From: Eledone cirrhosa
Lineage: Eukaryota
NCBI GenBank assembly: GCA_964016885.1
Contig: OZ024740.1
Coordinates: 105,090,001 to 105,154,000 of the forward strand
Direction of reading: 5' to 3'
DNA: 64,000 bases
Under the pieces are notes generated by a model. It saw only the letters and a list, made by a program, of their open reading frames with translations, made no database searches and was not told the origin of the DNA. Positions 11,207 through 25,384 of this stretch are shown here, one piece after another (position 1 is the first letter of the stretch; every line of letters begins with the position of its first letter). The translations under genes were made by a program, and so were the position numbers.

Positions 11207-12024
11207 TCTGTATATATATAAAATTAAGTGTGTGTGTGTCTGTGTATTACCTATAGGGGGCTACATCTTACGACCGATTTTCATGAAACTTTACAGGCTC
11301 ATAGATTAGTCATCGGGGAGTGTTTTCTATATATCAGCGTATCGTTTTTTTTTTTATTCCGAGGTCATTCTGCAGATAAAAATCGATAGGGGGGGGGGGG
11401 GGGGGGGTCACCTTTTTTTAGGTATCGAAAAATAAGATTTTTGGCTCTAGCTCCCACATTTTGCCACCGATTTCGTTCAAATTTTAAAGCAAAATAGAAT
11501 TTATCATTGCACATCCTGTAATGGCTTTATATTTTGCTTTTGTTGTTCAGGGACGGCGTGGCAGCCGCTTAAATATTCAAAAATACCACTTTTAGACTCA
11601 AATTTCCACTTTTTCGACTCTACCTCCCACATTAATCAACCTACTTTGTTCAAATTTTACACTAAGCTAGATCTGATTATTTCACGTCTAAAAGTGGCTT
11701 TACATTTCGGATTTTTTGTTCAGGAACGGCGTGGCAGCTGCTTAAATATTCGAAAATACTACCTTTTCGCTCAAATTTCCGCCTTTTGGGCTCTAGCTCC
11801 CACATTTTTCAACCGATTTCGTTCAAATTCGAAACTCCCTCCCCCAGCATGCCCCTTCGTCAGTCACCCGCGTGCCTCAGTGATAGAGGTCATCACCACC
11901 CTCCCCCGAATGGCCTGTGTGTGGCCATAGATGAGTCATCGAGAAGCAGTCGCTAAGATCAACACCTTTTCATCAAAGCAGATATTATTTTACCTACCCA
12001 GGCAACGCTGGGTACTGCTGCTAG
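11207..12024 (+). mobile_element. Non-autonomous Helitron with internal ~173-bp tandem repeats
   Basis: 5' end A|TCTGTATATATATAAAA. 3' hairpin ACCCAGGCAACGCTGGGT followed by CTAG|T. No TSD. Repeat units start near 11438, 11610 and 11785. Confidence 0.85.
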
Positions 12025-12028
12025 TATA

Positions 12029-12068
<40 letters not shown>

Positions 12069-13515
12069 AAAGGTAAACAGAAATAACACAATCGGTACTG
12101 TATATGGAAGGAATATAGGTTAATGCTTGGAATAGCAGGAAGAGAAATCAGAAAAATTGAAGGGACGGGTGGGGCAGAATCAGAAAAAAATGATTTTACA
12201 GAAAAATAACAGGCCCATTCATATATATGTATATAAAGGCTAAAGACCCCTTTCTATCATGAATGACCATGGGATTTACATCTAGAAAGTTCCCCCTTGA
12301 GGCACAAGTTGGGCAAGGTTGTTTGTTGGAGACCAGCAGTTACCCATGCATACCAGTATCCCCTCTTCACCCACTGGTGTTGTCCAAGAGCCAACACAGC
12401 TTGAATTAGAGCAACATGGAAAGCTGACGTAAAAACAATGATGAATATAAAGTAAGTTATCTTGCATATCGAGTTTGAAGCTTGAGTGTATTAGAATTCG
12501 TAGAACAATGGGAAGGACTCAACGCAAGGAAGCTGTTAAAACTGCAAAATGATGTCAGACAGCATCGGGTAAGATTTACTTCAAAGGATAGAAATCAGTG
12601 GCTAGAAGTGTGTTGGCCCGCAGAAGTGATAGGAAGAAAATGGACGAGAGAAGATCACACAAACATTTAAATACACTTATCAGCTTTTAGACTGCTTGTA
12701 GTTTTGACAATTTAACTAAAAGTACCACTTAAAATAGAAGGCTCATGCAACAGGGAAATAGATATTTCTGTTGGTATGATGAACAAACAGATGAGATAGA
12801 CAGACAGGTCAGAGAGAGAGAGAAATAAACACACTTCTATCTAGCTGCTGATTTCTATCCTTTAAGGTAAATCATACCCAACGCTGTCATTGACGATATT
12901 TTGATGTTTTAACAACTTCCTTGCTTTGAGTTCTTCCCATTATTCTACGAATGATGATTATATATTTATATAATAAAAAAAAATAGGTGGGCAAAGACAA
13001 TGGAAAAACGGATGAAATACAGTACAGTCCCTTCTTATCAGTCAACCTCTGGAGGTCCTCGTGGTTTTGATGAATTTAGGTCTATACTTCTAGCTCCAGT
13101 GCACAGAGGACAATAAGTTATGGATACAAAACAGGATGATTAGTTTTTCGACTTTTAGCAAATAAAATAAAATTTGCCAATAAACAACAGCTGTCTGATA
13201 AAAGAAAAAAAGAAACTTTAATTTTTAAAAATCTGTTTTTTCTTTTTAATAAAAATTATTTATTTATTCGTAGATTCTGTATCTCTGATGTTCAAAATAT
13301 CAAAATCTGAAGACTGTTTTTCTAATTAAAAAAGGTATAATGAGACTTCATAGTCCAAAATATGAAAACTGAAATATCTTGACAGATAATTTGGAGTCAT
13401 CATCATCATTATCGTTTAATGGCCATTTTCTAAGGCTAACATGGGTCATTTATGCAAATGCATGAATAAACCATTACATATTGGTTAGGTTTCTGCTCAT
13501 CAGCATATCTATTTA

Positions 13516-13713
13516 CGAGGGTCAGATAAAAAGTTCATAGGCTGACCGAAATACTCTCATGGAATGACCAAATGAGGTTTATTTTTCAACATAGTCCCTG
13601 GAAAGAAACAGTGCAGTTAATAATAATAAGAGTTGGAATTAATGCATGCAAGATTTCACAGCTCTAGCATCACTCCTTCATAGTCAGCCTATGAACTTTT
13701 TAGCTGACCCTCA
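13516..13713. mobile_element. Mariner-type MITE
   Basis: ~30-bp TIRs CGAGGGTCAGATAAAAAGTTCATAGGCTGAC / GTCAGCCTATGAACTTTTTAGCTGACCCTCA, with TA on the left. Related copies at 21240-22800 (interrupted) and ~52925-53018 (partial). Confidence 0.85.
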
Positions 13714-14085
13714 TCTATGCGTGTGGGGGAGATGGATGGACAACTCTACCTAATTCGTTTATTGGCTCTTACACATGTTCATATGTGTAATGAGTTTAAT
13801 GAGGTAGTTTGGTTTTCTTATTTTAAACTGTAAAGTCAAGAAAAAATACTCTAAAAATGATTGAGCTGGGTCGGGTGGGGGTGAAAGCAAAATCTGTTCT
13901 AAAACAAATAAGTGCCCATCTCATTTCTGCGTGGAAGATGATGTCTGTCTCAAAAACATCTCCCAACTCTTACATGTCATTATCCACTGCTTTCATCTTG
14001 AATTCATTAGCACATGTACTAATTGACTTTCCGGTTGATGAGCCCCATCCAGTGCTGTAATCTCTCTCTCTCTCTGTATATATAC

Positions 14086-14163
<78 letters not shown>

Positions 14164-15989
14164 AGGGGATGCATGTATATATATGTGTGTGTGCGAATAT
14201 ATATACATACACACACACACACATATCCTTTTGCTCATGTCTTACATCAACATAAACACGGTTTTGTTTATATTCATATTTCATAACCGACTTATATTGA
14301 CGCACACTGAACTAGTGTAACATTCTAGAATTTACTAACTTTTAATCTATATTGTTGTTAGTGGAGGGGAAGTACATACACAACCAGGAATTATCTTTAA
14401 TATACCTCATTTTCATAGCAGTAATTCTGTTTTCTTCTGGGTCAGCATAAAATAAATTTGACTTGAGAAAACATAAAACACAAACAAAACAACAAAAAAC
14501 CCAGCATGTCTCTCACGTGACCACATGGCTAGCTGATATTTTCTCAACATTGTGACACATTAACCTTATTTACTTCATATAAATAACTTTGTATTTTGTG
14601 CCATGGTCATATATAATATACATATGACATCACAACAGCAAAAGATTTTTAAGGTCACATTCTCTGCTTAAGATGGGTTTAGCCTTATGGGACCCATGAC
14701 TAACTTTAATGTACACACACACATATATATATATATCGACAGAGAGAGAGAGGCAGAGTTGTTAGAATGTTCAATAGAATGCTCTGCAGCATTTGCTTTA
14801 GCTCTCTACTCTCTGAGTTCAAAACCTGCTGAGGTCAAATTTGCATTTCATCTTTTCAAGGTTGATAAAAAGTAACAGTCCATTATTGAGACAATTCTTT
14901 CTCTATATCTCTTTTTCACTTCCTCTCTACCACATAATCTCTCCTTCTTTGGAAGAAATTGGCTATGTTCAGACCCGGAGGAACAATGGGTTCCTCCAGG
15001 TTTAAAATGACTATGACACATTGCATGGCACCACTATAACTCCATCAGGAGTTATGTGTCCATATATACATAGATATATATAAAAGGTATAAAAATATTA
15101 CCCCCCCCCCCCAACATATAATTAACCAATTACACAAGGGAGTAGACAACATTGATATAGCACTCCTCTCCCCAAATATATTTCTATATCATCATCATCA
15201 CATTTGCTTTCCTTGGGTTGGCTTGGTCTACATAGATCAAGTCAGTAGTGAAGCAGGGCTACTGACCTCCAAAACAGGTCAGGGATCTACATCTCATTTA
15301 TGTAAATCTCACATTCTACTGAGTGCACAGAAGAAATTGTTGTGTTTCTGAAGGGTCCTTCCAACCCTTTATCTGGCAAGCTTTCTATGGCAGGATGCCC
15401 TTCATATCACCCTATATGTATTTGAAAATACACTGATACTAGCTTAGCAGGAATAGCTAGCAAAAACAAACACAAAAGCACACATGACATTTGAACTGTC
15501 CAGGTCAAGATAATCTTGGCCAGACACCAGCCAAAAAACATAACCTGACCTTCAACCCTGCTCCTAAAATTTCTTTTTATCTTTTTGATATCTCAATTGA
15601 CTGTCTCATCCCAGTTCTTATTTACCTTTTGAATGTTATATTTTTTGTGTTTATGGTTTTATACTGCTCTAAGCTGTATCTTCATCCATAAATCAAAATA
15701 TAATGCTCCATCCTCACCCTATCCTCAATGAGATCCTGAATGGGATAGATTGAAACAACTTTGCTGATTTCACCTCCCCAAACAGTTTGATCTTGTTTTA
15801 AATTTTATATATATATTAGAGAGTCAGGGCCCAAGGGTCGAGCACTTGTTGTTTCGACAGCATATTCCAGACATCTAGAATTTGCTGTTGAAGAAGCAAG
15901 AGCTCAGCTGTAAGGCTCTGACGTTCTACTATGTTTACACTATACTATCCCAAGTATCAAGTACTCTGCTGAATTATGGTCTTATCAGT

Positions 15990-16207
15990 TTAACCCTTTA
16001 ATGTTCAAACCGGCCAGAATTCTCTACCTTTTTCTGTTGAAACTGGCTGTAACTGGTCACTCAAACTGATGTTAAGGTATTGTTCTCAAAATGAATACTT
16101 TCAAAATCTCATAGATTCAATATTATGTGAGATAATTATGTGAGGTAAAGCCTTTACCATGAAAATATAATAGTATATATAGAGTAATGTGAATGCTAAA
16201 GGGTTAA
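15990..16207. mobile_element. piggyBac-like MITE with TTAA TSD
   Basis: TTAA|CCCTTTA...TAAAGGG|TTAA. Same family as 23309-23534 and 32547-34916. Confidence 0.85.
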
Positions 16208-16332
16208 ACCTGTATAATGCTGATCTATCTCTCTCTATATATTAGAATATGGGGTTAACCAATCAGGGATGTGCCTCGAAGAAACAACATGTTTGGCTCT
16301 CCCCTTGTATCAAGAAAAGAAAATTTTTTACT

Positions 16333-18686
16333 TGGAAAGTATGGCAGGATGGGGGAAGTAGAGAGCACTATCAAGTGGCCAGGAGAGAAGATAGGAGGTA
16401 GCAGAGGATAGAAAGTTCAAGCATGTTCCACAACGTGAGGACCAAAAACGTGAGGTGTTCAGGATTGCTAGACAATGTGTCAAGGAAAACCGTGATATTG
16501 TCGGGGGGAAGTGTGTCCATAATGATAATGGTGTACTTACGCTCACTGATAAGAAGATAGCCTGGAAGTGTCACTACGAGAGACTATTAAATGAGGAGAA
16601 TAAATGGGAAAAAGATAGTCTGCCCCAAATCGATCCAATAGAAGGACCAGCGGTGCAAGTTAAAGGTAGTATAATAAGTAAGGCAATCAAATATATGAAG
16701 ACAGGCAAGGCAGCTGGGCCTTCGGAGATAGTTGCTGAGATGTTGAAGGCATCTGGTATGGTGGGACACACTATGGTCACCCGTATAGTTAACCAAGTAA
16801 TACAGAATGGGGTCATACCAAAAGACTGGCGTAGCAGCATCATCATTAACTGTTACAAGGGTAAAGGGGATGCTCTAGATAGGGGAAACTATAGAGGCAT
16901 TAAGTTAGTTGACCAGGTCATGAAGGTCACAGAAAAAGTTATAGCGCACTAATCAGAGAGCAAATTGATCTAGATGAAATGCAGTTTGGGTTTGTGTCAG
17001 GTAAAAGTACCACAGACGCTCTTTTCCTTGTACGACAACTAGAAGAGAAGTACCTAGTTAAAAGTAAACCCCTCTACTTAGCTTTTGTAGACCTGGAGAA
17101 AGCCTTGACAGAGTCCCCCGCTCCATTATCTGGTGGGCTCTTCGAAAACTAGGCGTAGATGAATGGCTTGTGAGAGCTATACAAGCTATGTATAATGAAA
17201 CAGTCAGTAAGGTTAGAATTAATAATGAATATTGTGAAGAATTTAGTGTAAAAGTTGGTGTTCATCAAGGCTCTGTCCTTAGCCCTCTCTTATTTATTAT
17301 TGCCCTTCAGGCTATAACAGAGGAGTTCAAGACCGGCTGCCCATGGGAACTCCTATACGCAGATGATCTAACGCTCATAGCTGAATCGATGGCTGAACTA
17401 GAGAAGAAATTCGAAACATGGAACCATGGCCTAGAATCAAAAGGCCTTAAAGGTAACTTGTCTAAGACTAAAGTTCTAGTTTGTAGAAAGGAAAATAGGG
17501 CACAGGTGCCCTCAGGGAAATGGCCATGCTCAGTGTGTAGGAAAGGCATAGGCAGAAATTCCATTTTATGTCCCAAATGCAAAGTATGGGTACATAAAAG
17601 ATGTAGTGGGATCACAGGTAAACTATCTAAGAACGTAGACTTTATATGTGGCCAATGCTCAGGTGCAATAAGTAGCAAGTGTCCAAAGGATACTAGCTCC
17701 TTCTATTGCCCAGATGGTTCTATAGAAATAGTAGACACTTTCCGTTACCTGGGTGATGAAATCAGCAGTGGTGGAGGGTGTTCTGAAAGTATAGTAGCCA
17801 GGGTCAGAACGGGATGGAAAAAGTTCAGAGAACTTATACCGCTGCTGTTGGCCACAAAAGGTTTCTCTCTAAAAATGAAAGGCAGATTGTATGATGCCTG
17901 CATACGAACAGCAATGCTAAATGGCAGTGAGACATGGGCATTACGTGCATAGGACCTGCGTAGACTGGAAAGGAACGAAGCATGCATGCTCTGTTGGATG
18001 TGTAATAGTAATATACGTGAACGGCAAAGCATAAATGAACTAAGTGAGAAATTAGGAATAAGAGGGATCAGATGCTGTTTACTTGAGAGAAGACTACGTT
18101 GGTATGGTCACATGATGCGCATGAAACACGACAGCTGCATAAAAAAGTGCAGAACGATCAAAATTGATGGTAGTTACGGAGTAGGTAGACCCAGAAAAAC
18201 CTGGGATGATCTGATAAATTCCGACCTCACACACTTACATCTCTCTAAGACAATGTCTCTGGACCGAGATCTTTGGCGCTACGCAGTAATACAGAAGACC
18301 CGCCTTGCCTATGTACAAAGCGAAATCTACAGTCAGTAGGCACCTCTTAACCAAATATACACCCCAATCCACTACCCCTACCCTATCCTCCCACTCCCAC
18401 CAACAGCACGAGATAATGAGATTGAGATCGTGTAGGTGTCACGACAAAAACACACACAGTCCACGCTGTAATGTGGTCGTGTAGGTAACACGGTAAAAAG
18501 TTCCCAGTTCCACACTGTAAATGTGGTTGGTGTTAGGAAGGGCATCCAGCCGTAGAAAACCTGCCAGATAGTCCTATATGAGCGAGACACGGTCACCCGA
18601 CCAGCCTTGCCTCAAGTGGGACAACTCCCGTCTAACCCATGCTAGCGTGGAAAATGGACGTTAAACAAAGATGATGATGATGATGA
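16333..18686 (+). mobile_element. RTE-clade LINE, 5' truncated, decayed
   Basis: GKAAGPS, NYRGIKL, GVHQGSVLSPLLF, LLYADD, PHD-like insert, RLRWYGH, GRPRKTW; (GAT)n tail. Confidence 0.9.
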
Positions 18687-18687
18687 A

Positions 18688-18972
18688 TAGCTCTTCCATA
18701 CAGCTTTCTTTTCGGCACTTGTGAGGGCAAGCTCACCTTTATCATTCTCGACATCATAATGCATCACAATTTTCTCCAATTGCATCACCATTTTCTCTGA
18801 CACGCTGCCTCACAATCCTGAACAACTCCTGTTTCTGGTCCTCACACTGCAAAACATGCTTGAATTTTCTATCCTCCACTTCCCTTCTAGCTAAGTATAC
18901 TTGTCTCCTAGCTTCCCTCCTGGTCTCTATGTAATGTACCTTACTTCCCCTATTATTCCATTCTTTCCATAT
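18688..18972 (-). mobile_element. RTE LINE internal fragment (EN-RT linker)
   Basis: ORF 18754..19044 contains RREARRQVYLARRE, homologous to the other RTE copies. Confidence 0.75.
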
Positions 18973-21333
18973 ATGTGTATATATATATAAACAAAGAGGG
19001 TGTGGTAAGATACCAGGTAGACCATAATGCACCAGAGTACTCAATACTTAGGGTAGTAGAGTGGGTAATAGGAAAAGAGTCAGGACCCTGACGGCTGAGC
19101 TCCAGCCGTTTCAACAGCTAGCTGTCGAAATGGCTGGAAAGTCAATTAAATCAACTCCAGTGCATTACTAGTACTTTATTTTATTGACCCTGTAAGGATG
19201 AAAGGCAAAGCTAACCTCGGTGGGATTTGAACTCAGAATGTAAAGGGCTGTAACTATGCTGCAAAGCATGTTGTCTGAAGTTCTACAGATACTGCTAATA
19301 ATAATAATAATGCATATATTTTCAGCTTTTGTGAGATTTTCTGTAATTTTTTAAGAAGCCACTAAACTTTAAACAACTTAGGGCCTTCAAGTATAAATCT
19401 GGCACAGCAATGATGTAACAAATTTCAGTTTTGATCAGTCCATTTTGTCAACAAGTTGACAATACAGTTTACCAGTCAGGTTTATTAACCAACTACTAAT
19501 CCAGTTTGTTAACAAGCTACAATCCAGTTTATTAAGAAGACATCATAAGTCTAATTTATCCACATGTCATCAGTCTAGTCATTATGAGATCATTAACAGG
19601 CAATAAACTAACAATGTTTGTTCAGTCTGATCCAATTTGGATTCTTGGTCGTTGCTTATTTTTCTTTTTTCACATCACTTAATCTCGTTAATGTTGTATG
19701 AAGGAAATAAGCACTAATATGATTTCTTTATTGGCCACAAGGGCTGACATCAAGAAAAACATTACAGACGGCACAGGACGGTACGATGTGGGTTTTGTTC
19801 GTGTAAAGATTTTTATTATTTATATAAGAAAAGAAAAAGACATAGAAACATATATATATATATAAACAATAGAAATAAGCACTAATATAACAACATAACT
19901 GTGATATCTTCTCTTTAAATAAAAAAAAGACAAAAACTGCCAAACAAACTTTGTTTTTATGTCTATATGATGGACAACAGAGGAGAAAAACCACTCCACT
20001 GGAGGAGCTCCATTTACATCAATGAAACACTCTTAGTTTCCGAAATGGAGAATACAGTGGTTTCTATCCTTTTCATGAGGACCCCTTGTATTTAAATGTA
20101 TTTTCCCATAGACCTCACCTTCACTACAGTTACTCCTCTCTTAGATTGTTAGACAGTGAGAATAATAATCAAGAGAAATGTTTATACAAAGAATGGATAC
20201 ACCACAGCATGTATATATTATGGTTTTAACAAAGTACTTGAAAATACTTTGAACTTAGTTCACAGACGTTCAGTATTAAATTTGCTTGGTCCCAGGTTGG
20301 GATCTACCAGTGGGGGATAAAGTTGGGGAGCTGACTGGGCTGGAAGCCAGGGGCGCACAATATTAATTATGTTCACACTAGCTATACTATCTATATAAAT
20401 TATTTCTTTTCAAAGGAGGTGGTGATTAAAAGAGATTCAATTGCTATAGACCAGTCTAGCCTCAGAACATCTAACCCATGCAAACATAGGAAATAGACAT
20501 TAAATGGTGGTGGTAATGGTGATGATGATGACACATTATTAAGAAAATTATAAAGAAACAGTTGGAGACTGGGGCACTAAACTGTAGTTATGTCAATTAG
20601 TCGTATATATCAGCTTAAGACAGAAGGGGTGATTTAGTTGCTATTCTTAGCAGGTCGAACATATACTCAGAGGTTCCTTTGGTAATGTACTTTAATATTT
20701 GGAGCATTTCCAATATTTTGGTATTCGTTATTTTTACATCACATTAAGCTTGTGGCTCATATGGAATCTCCCTTTCCAAAAAACAAAAAAACAAACATAC
20801 ATACATAGAGATAGTGTTGTTGTTCTTTAGCCCAGGTTAGCTCTCAAATCCAGCAGATGTATGATGAGAAACATTCCAATCATGACCATATCATCTAAAA
20901 AACGATTTTGTTTTAATAAAATGTAGTTTGCTTGAAGCATTGTATATAGTTTATAATGTGGAAAGTGATATATGCAAAATGGATGGTAAGATGAAGGCAA
21001 CGAAAAAGTTAGTTACCTGGTAATCTTTGTTTTTTTTTGTTGTTGTTTCTTTTGTCCCAGAACTGCATTGTTCATGTGTGGCAGAATCGTTAGAACATCA
21101 GATATTTATGATCTGAGTTCAAATGCCAAAATCAGCTTTGCCTTTTATCCTTTCGGGATTGATAAAATAGAGTACCAGTCATGTTTTGCGTTGATGTAAT
21201 CGACTTTTCCCTCCCCAGAAATTGTTGACTTTGTGGCTACAGGGGTCAGCTGAAAGTTCATAGGCTGATCAAGATACTTTTATGGAATGACCAAATGAGG
21301 TTTCTTTTTCAACATAGTCCCCAGAAAGATACA

Positions 21334-22696
21334 ATCATCATCATTATCATTATTTTACGTCTGCTTTTCCTTGCTTGCAAGGGTGGGACGAGTCCTTTTC
21401 AACACAGCATCTCTCCATTCGTTATAGTCCTTCGTCATCTCCTCTGTGAGCTTTAGCAATCTGAGGTCACCTTTCACCACCTCCGCTCATGATTTTCGTG
21501 GTCTTCCTCTGCTGTGTCTTCCTTCCACTGGGATTTCTTGGCACTTCTTTACCCAGTGGTCATCCTCCATGTGCATCACATGTTCATACCAACGCAGTCT
21601 TCTCTCCCGCACACTACAGCGTATCCCTCTTATACACAGTTTCTCTCTCAACTCGTCTATGCTTGGTCGTTCATGTACATTGCTATTGCACATCCATCGG
21701 AGCATGCTTGCTTCATTTCTCTCTAGCCGTCACATATCCTCTGCAGTTGCTGCTCATGTCTCACTGCCATGCAGTATCGTGCATCTCACACAGACATCCT
21801 ATAACCGGCCTTTCGTTCATAGGGAGAAACCCTTCTTTGTCAACAGAGGAAGCAGCTCCCTAAACTTCTTCCAACCCATCCATATTCTAGATATTATGGC
21901 CTTGGAGTACCCTCTTCCCTTACTAATCTGATCACCTAGGTATCGGAAGCTATCAACCACCTCTATGGATCCTACTTGCATTTGAAAAATGTGTCTATCA
22001 CTGCCACTTCTACTATCAAATTTCCCATCTACTGCATATGTAGTTTTCCCTATCTGTTAGTTTGCCTGCTATCCCACTACACTTCATGTACCCAAGATCT
22101 GCATTGTGTGCATTTTATAGAATTTATGCCAACTCCTTTTCTACATATCGAACATGGCCATTTCCCTGAGGGAATCAGAGTTTTGCCCTCTTTCCTACTT
22201 ATCAACACCTTAGTCTTTGCTAGGTTCACTCTCAGTCCTCTTGATTCCAACTGCTGTTTCCATAGCCAGAATTTATTCTCTAGCTCCTCTACTGATTCTG
22301 CTATAAGTACCAGATCGTCAGCATAGAGAAGTTCCCATGGGCAGCCAGTCTTAAACTCCTCTGTTATGGCTTGGAGGACTATAATGAACAAGAGCGGGCT
22401 GAGGACTGAACCTTGATGTACTCCTACTTGTATCTGGAATTCCTCACTAAACTCCATTCTTACTCTCACTTTACTGACAGCTCCTCTGTACATAGCTTGC
22501 ACTGTCCTCACAAGCCATTCCTCTACACTTAGTTTCCTTAGGGACAGATGACAGATTGGGGTACTCTATCAAATGCCTTATCTAGGTCAACAAAAGCTAA
22601 ATATAGTGGCTTATTCTTCTCTAAGAACCTCTCTTGATGTCTCACTAAGAAGAAGGCATCTGTTGTACTTTTGCTAGGCACAAAACCAAACTGCAT
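21334..22696 (-). mobile_element. RTE LINE 3' half nested inside a mariner MITE (21240-22800)
   Basis: ORFs 22077..22511 (QGSVLSP, YADD, WPCSIC) and 21487..21705; (ATC)n tail at 21334. MITE halves lie on either side. Confidence 0.88.
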
Positions 22697-23145
22697 ATAG
22701 TTAGTTATTAATAGGAAGGGTTGAAATTATTGCATGCAAAATTTCACAGCTCTAGCATCACTCCTTCATAGTCAGCCTATGAACTTTTCAGCTCTCCTCG
22801 TAAATTAGAATTGCATTATTCACGTGTGTATCTTTTTTAAGCATAACAGTGTTTTAATTTGAAAGAGATTTAGCTGCTATTTCTTTTAGGTTAAGTGACC
22901 ATGTGCAGGTTCTACTATTGACTCACAAGATAGGGTTTTAGGATCAGTGAAAACAATCTTTTGCTTCTTGATGGAACTTCTTAACAGGAATATCTCTCTG
23001 CTTTCTTTTTATATATCTGCTTAAAGTAACTTAATACTTCAAATATTTTTTTTTTATTTTTAACTACTTCCTTCAATCTGCAACTTGTTGAAATAATTAC
23101 TTCCATCCTTAGTTGCATAATGTTAGGAACATTGCCAGATTCGTT

Positions 23146-23570
23146 CTTGTATTTATTACTTTAACCAGACTCTAGCTCTAGGTTAACAGACTGGGCTAAT
23201 GATACCTAATTTTGTATTTATTACTTTAACCCTACTCTGGGTTAACAGACCGGGCTAATAATACCCAATTTTTACTTCTTACATTTATTACTTTAACCAG
23301 ACCCTGGGTTAACCCTTTAGTATATATTACTCTATATATACTATTATATTTTCATGGTAAAGGCTTTACCTCGCATAATTACCTCACATAATATCGAATC
23401 TATGAGATTTTGAAAGTATTTATTTTGAAAACAATACCTTAACAGCAGTTTGAGCGACCAGTTACTGCCAGTTTCAACAGAAAGAGGTAGAGAATTCTGG
23501 CCGGTTTTGGCTGGTTTGAACATTAAAGGGTTAACAGGCGAGGCTAATAATACACAATTCATAGTTCTTG
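23146..23570. repeat. ~65-70 bp tandem repeat (3 units) with a piggyBac-like MITE (23309-23534) in unit 3
   Basis: Unit: ATTTATTACTTTAACC...GGTTAACAGACNGGGCTAATNATAC. The MITE is bounded by a duplicated TTAA. Confidence 0.85.
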
Positions 23571-24902
23571 TATTTTGTGTCTACAGCACTGTGTTATTCC
23601 TATCTTGTTTAGTGTCTTGGCTTCAAACAAAACACATTATCAATGTATTGTAGGATATGGGCCTCCAGTTTCTGGGTTTGTTTTCTGATAACTTATTAAC
23701 TCAACCTTCTCTTCTCTCAGTTAAGTAATTACAGGTAAATAGTTTATAATGATAATAATAATTGTTTCTACTTTAGGAACAAGGCCAGCAATTTGAAGGG
23801 GAAGGGAAGTCAATTAAATCGACCCCCAGTACATTAATGGTACCTTATTTTATTGACCCCATAAGGGTGAAAGGCAAAGCTAACCTCAGTGGTATTTGGA
23901 CTCAGAGCGTAAAAGATCTTGTCTGGCGCTCTATTGATAATTTCTAATTTAGCCACAAAGCCAGCAATTTATAGAGAGAGGAAAAGCAATTATATTGATC
24001 CTTGTATGTTACTGGTATTTTATTTTATTGACCTCAGAAAGATGAATGGCAAAGTTGACCATGGCAAGATTTGATCTCAGAACATGAAAAGCCATGATTA
24101 AATACCAAAGGGCATTTTGTCTGATGTATCAAAAATTCTGCCAATTGTCTAACCTACTACTAATATTAATGGTTTGTAATTTAGACACAAGGCTAGAAAT
24201 TTGAATGAAGGGGCAAGATGGTTTAAAATTATTCCAGTACTCGATTGCTGCTTTGTCAGTGCCTGAAAGAATGAATAATAATAATGGTTTCTTGATTTAG
24301 GTTCAAGGACAATCATTTTGGGGGAGGGGAAAGTCGATTAAATTGACCCCAGTACATTACTGGTGTCTTATTTTATCGACCCTGTAAGGATGAAAGGCAA
24401 AGCTAACCTAAACAGGATTTGAAATCAGAACTTAAAGGGCTGCAAGTCTATGCTGTGAAGCATTTTGTCTGTCACCCCACCAATACTGCCAATCCAATGC
24501 AATAATAATATTAATAATAATGATAATAATAATAGTTTCTGATTTAGGCACAAGGACACATATTTTGGAGGGAGGTGAAGTTGACTGGAATGAAATTTGG
24601 TACTTGACTATTACTTTTAGAGAGAGGTGAAGTTGACCCTAGTAAATGATTGACACATATGGAAAGAAGGGAGGTACATGAGAATTACTTTTTGAGAGAG
24701 GTGAAATCAACCCTAGTATATGATTATTTTAGAGAGTGGTAAGGTCGGCTTTAGTATGTGGACTGTCTTAGACAGGCTTTCTCATTGTCACATTCGTTCA
24801 GAGCTGGTTGATAAATTGATTAGCTGTCAAGTACTGGTGTTGACTTTATTAACTAATTATAATTTACCCTTAAAACATTGTAACCATATGACAATATTCA
24901 AA

Positions 24903-25098
24903 TAGTATATATACTCATGTATAAGCATCATAGTATATATATTTGTGTATAAATTACATCTCCATTACAACAATACAACACTTGTAATGTACCATGTATT
25001 TTTTATTGTGCATTTTGTAATTCTAGTAAAGTCAAATGTTGTTTTTTTCACATATTTTCATGGAAAAAGGGGCTACTTATACATGAGTATGTATGGTA
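24903..25098. mobile_element. Tc1/pogo-type MITE remnant (related copy 32203-32361)
   Basis: Termini TATATACTCATGTATAAG ... CTTATACATGAGTATGTA are inverted. Confidence 0.55.
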
Positions 25099-25114
25099 TA
25101 TCTTATACTATAAC

Positions 25115-25197
<83 letters not shown>

Positions 25198-25384
25198 CAT
25201 CATCATCATCATCATCACCGTTTTACGTCCGTTCTTCCATGCTAGCATGGGTTATATATATTTATTGATTGACAAGATTCCAGACCTCACTCACTTACCG
25301 AATGGGGTAGAATTCATCAGATTGGACCATTTTTCATTGGTCTTTCCATTACTGATACTGTCTACCTATCGCAACTCCTGGCAA

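Noticed and set aside
23146-23310. Short repeated units resembling a CRISPR array (also 24570-24760)
   Set aside because: Eukaryotic context, degenerate tandem units without unique spacers, and no cas genes.
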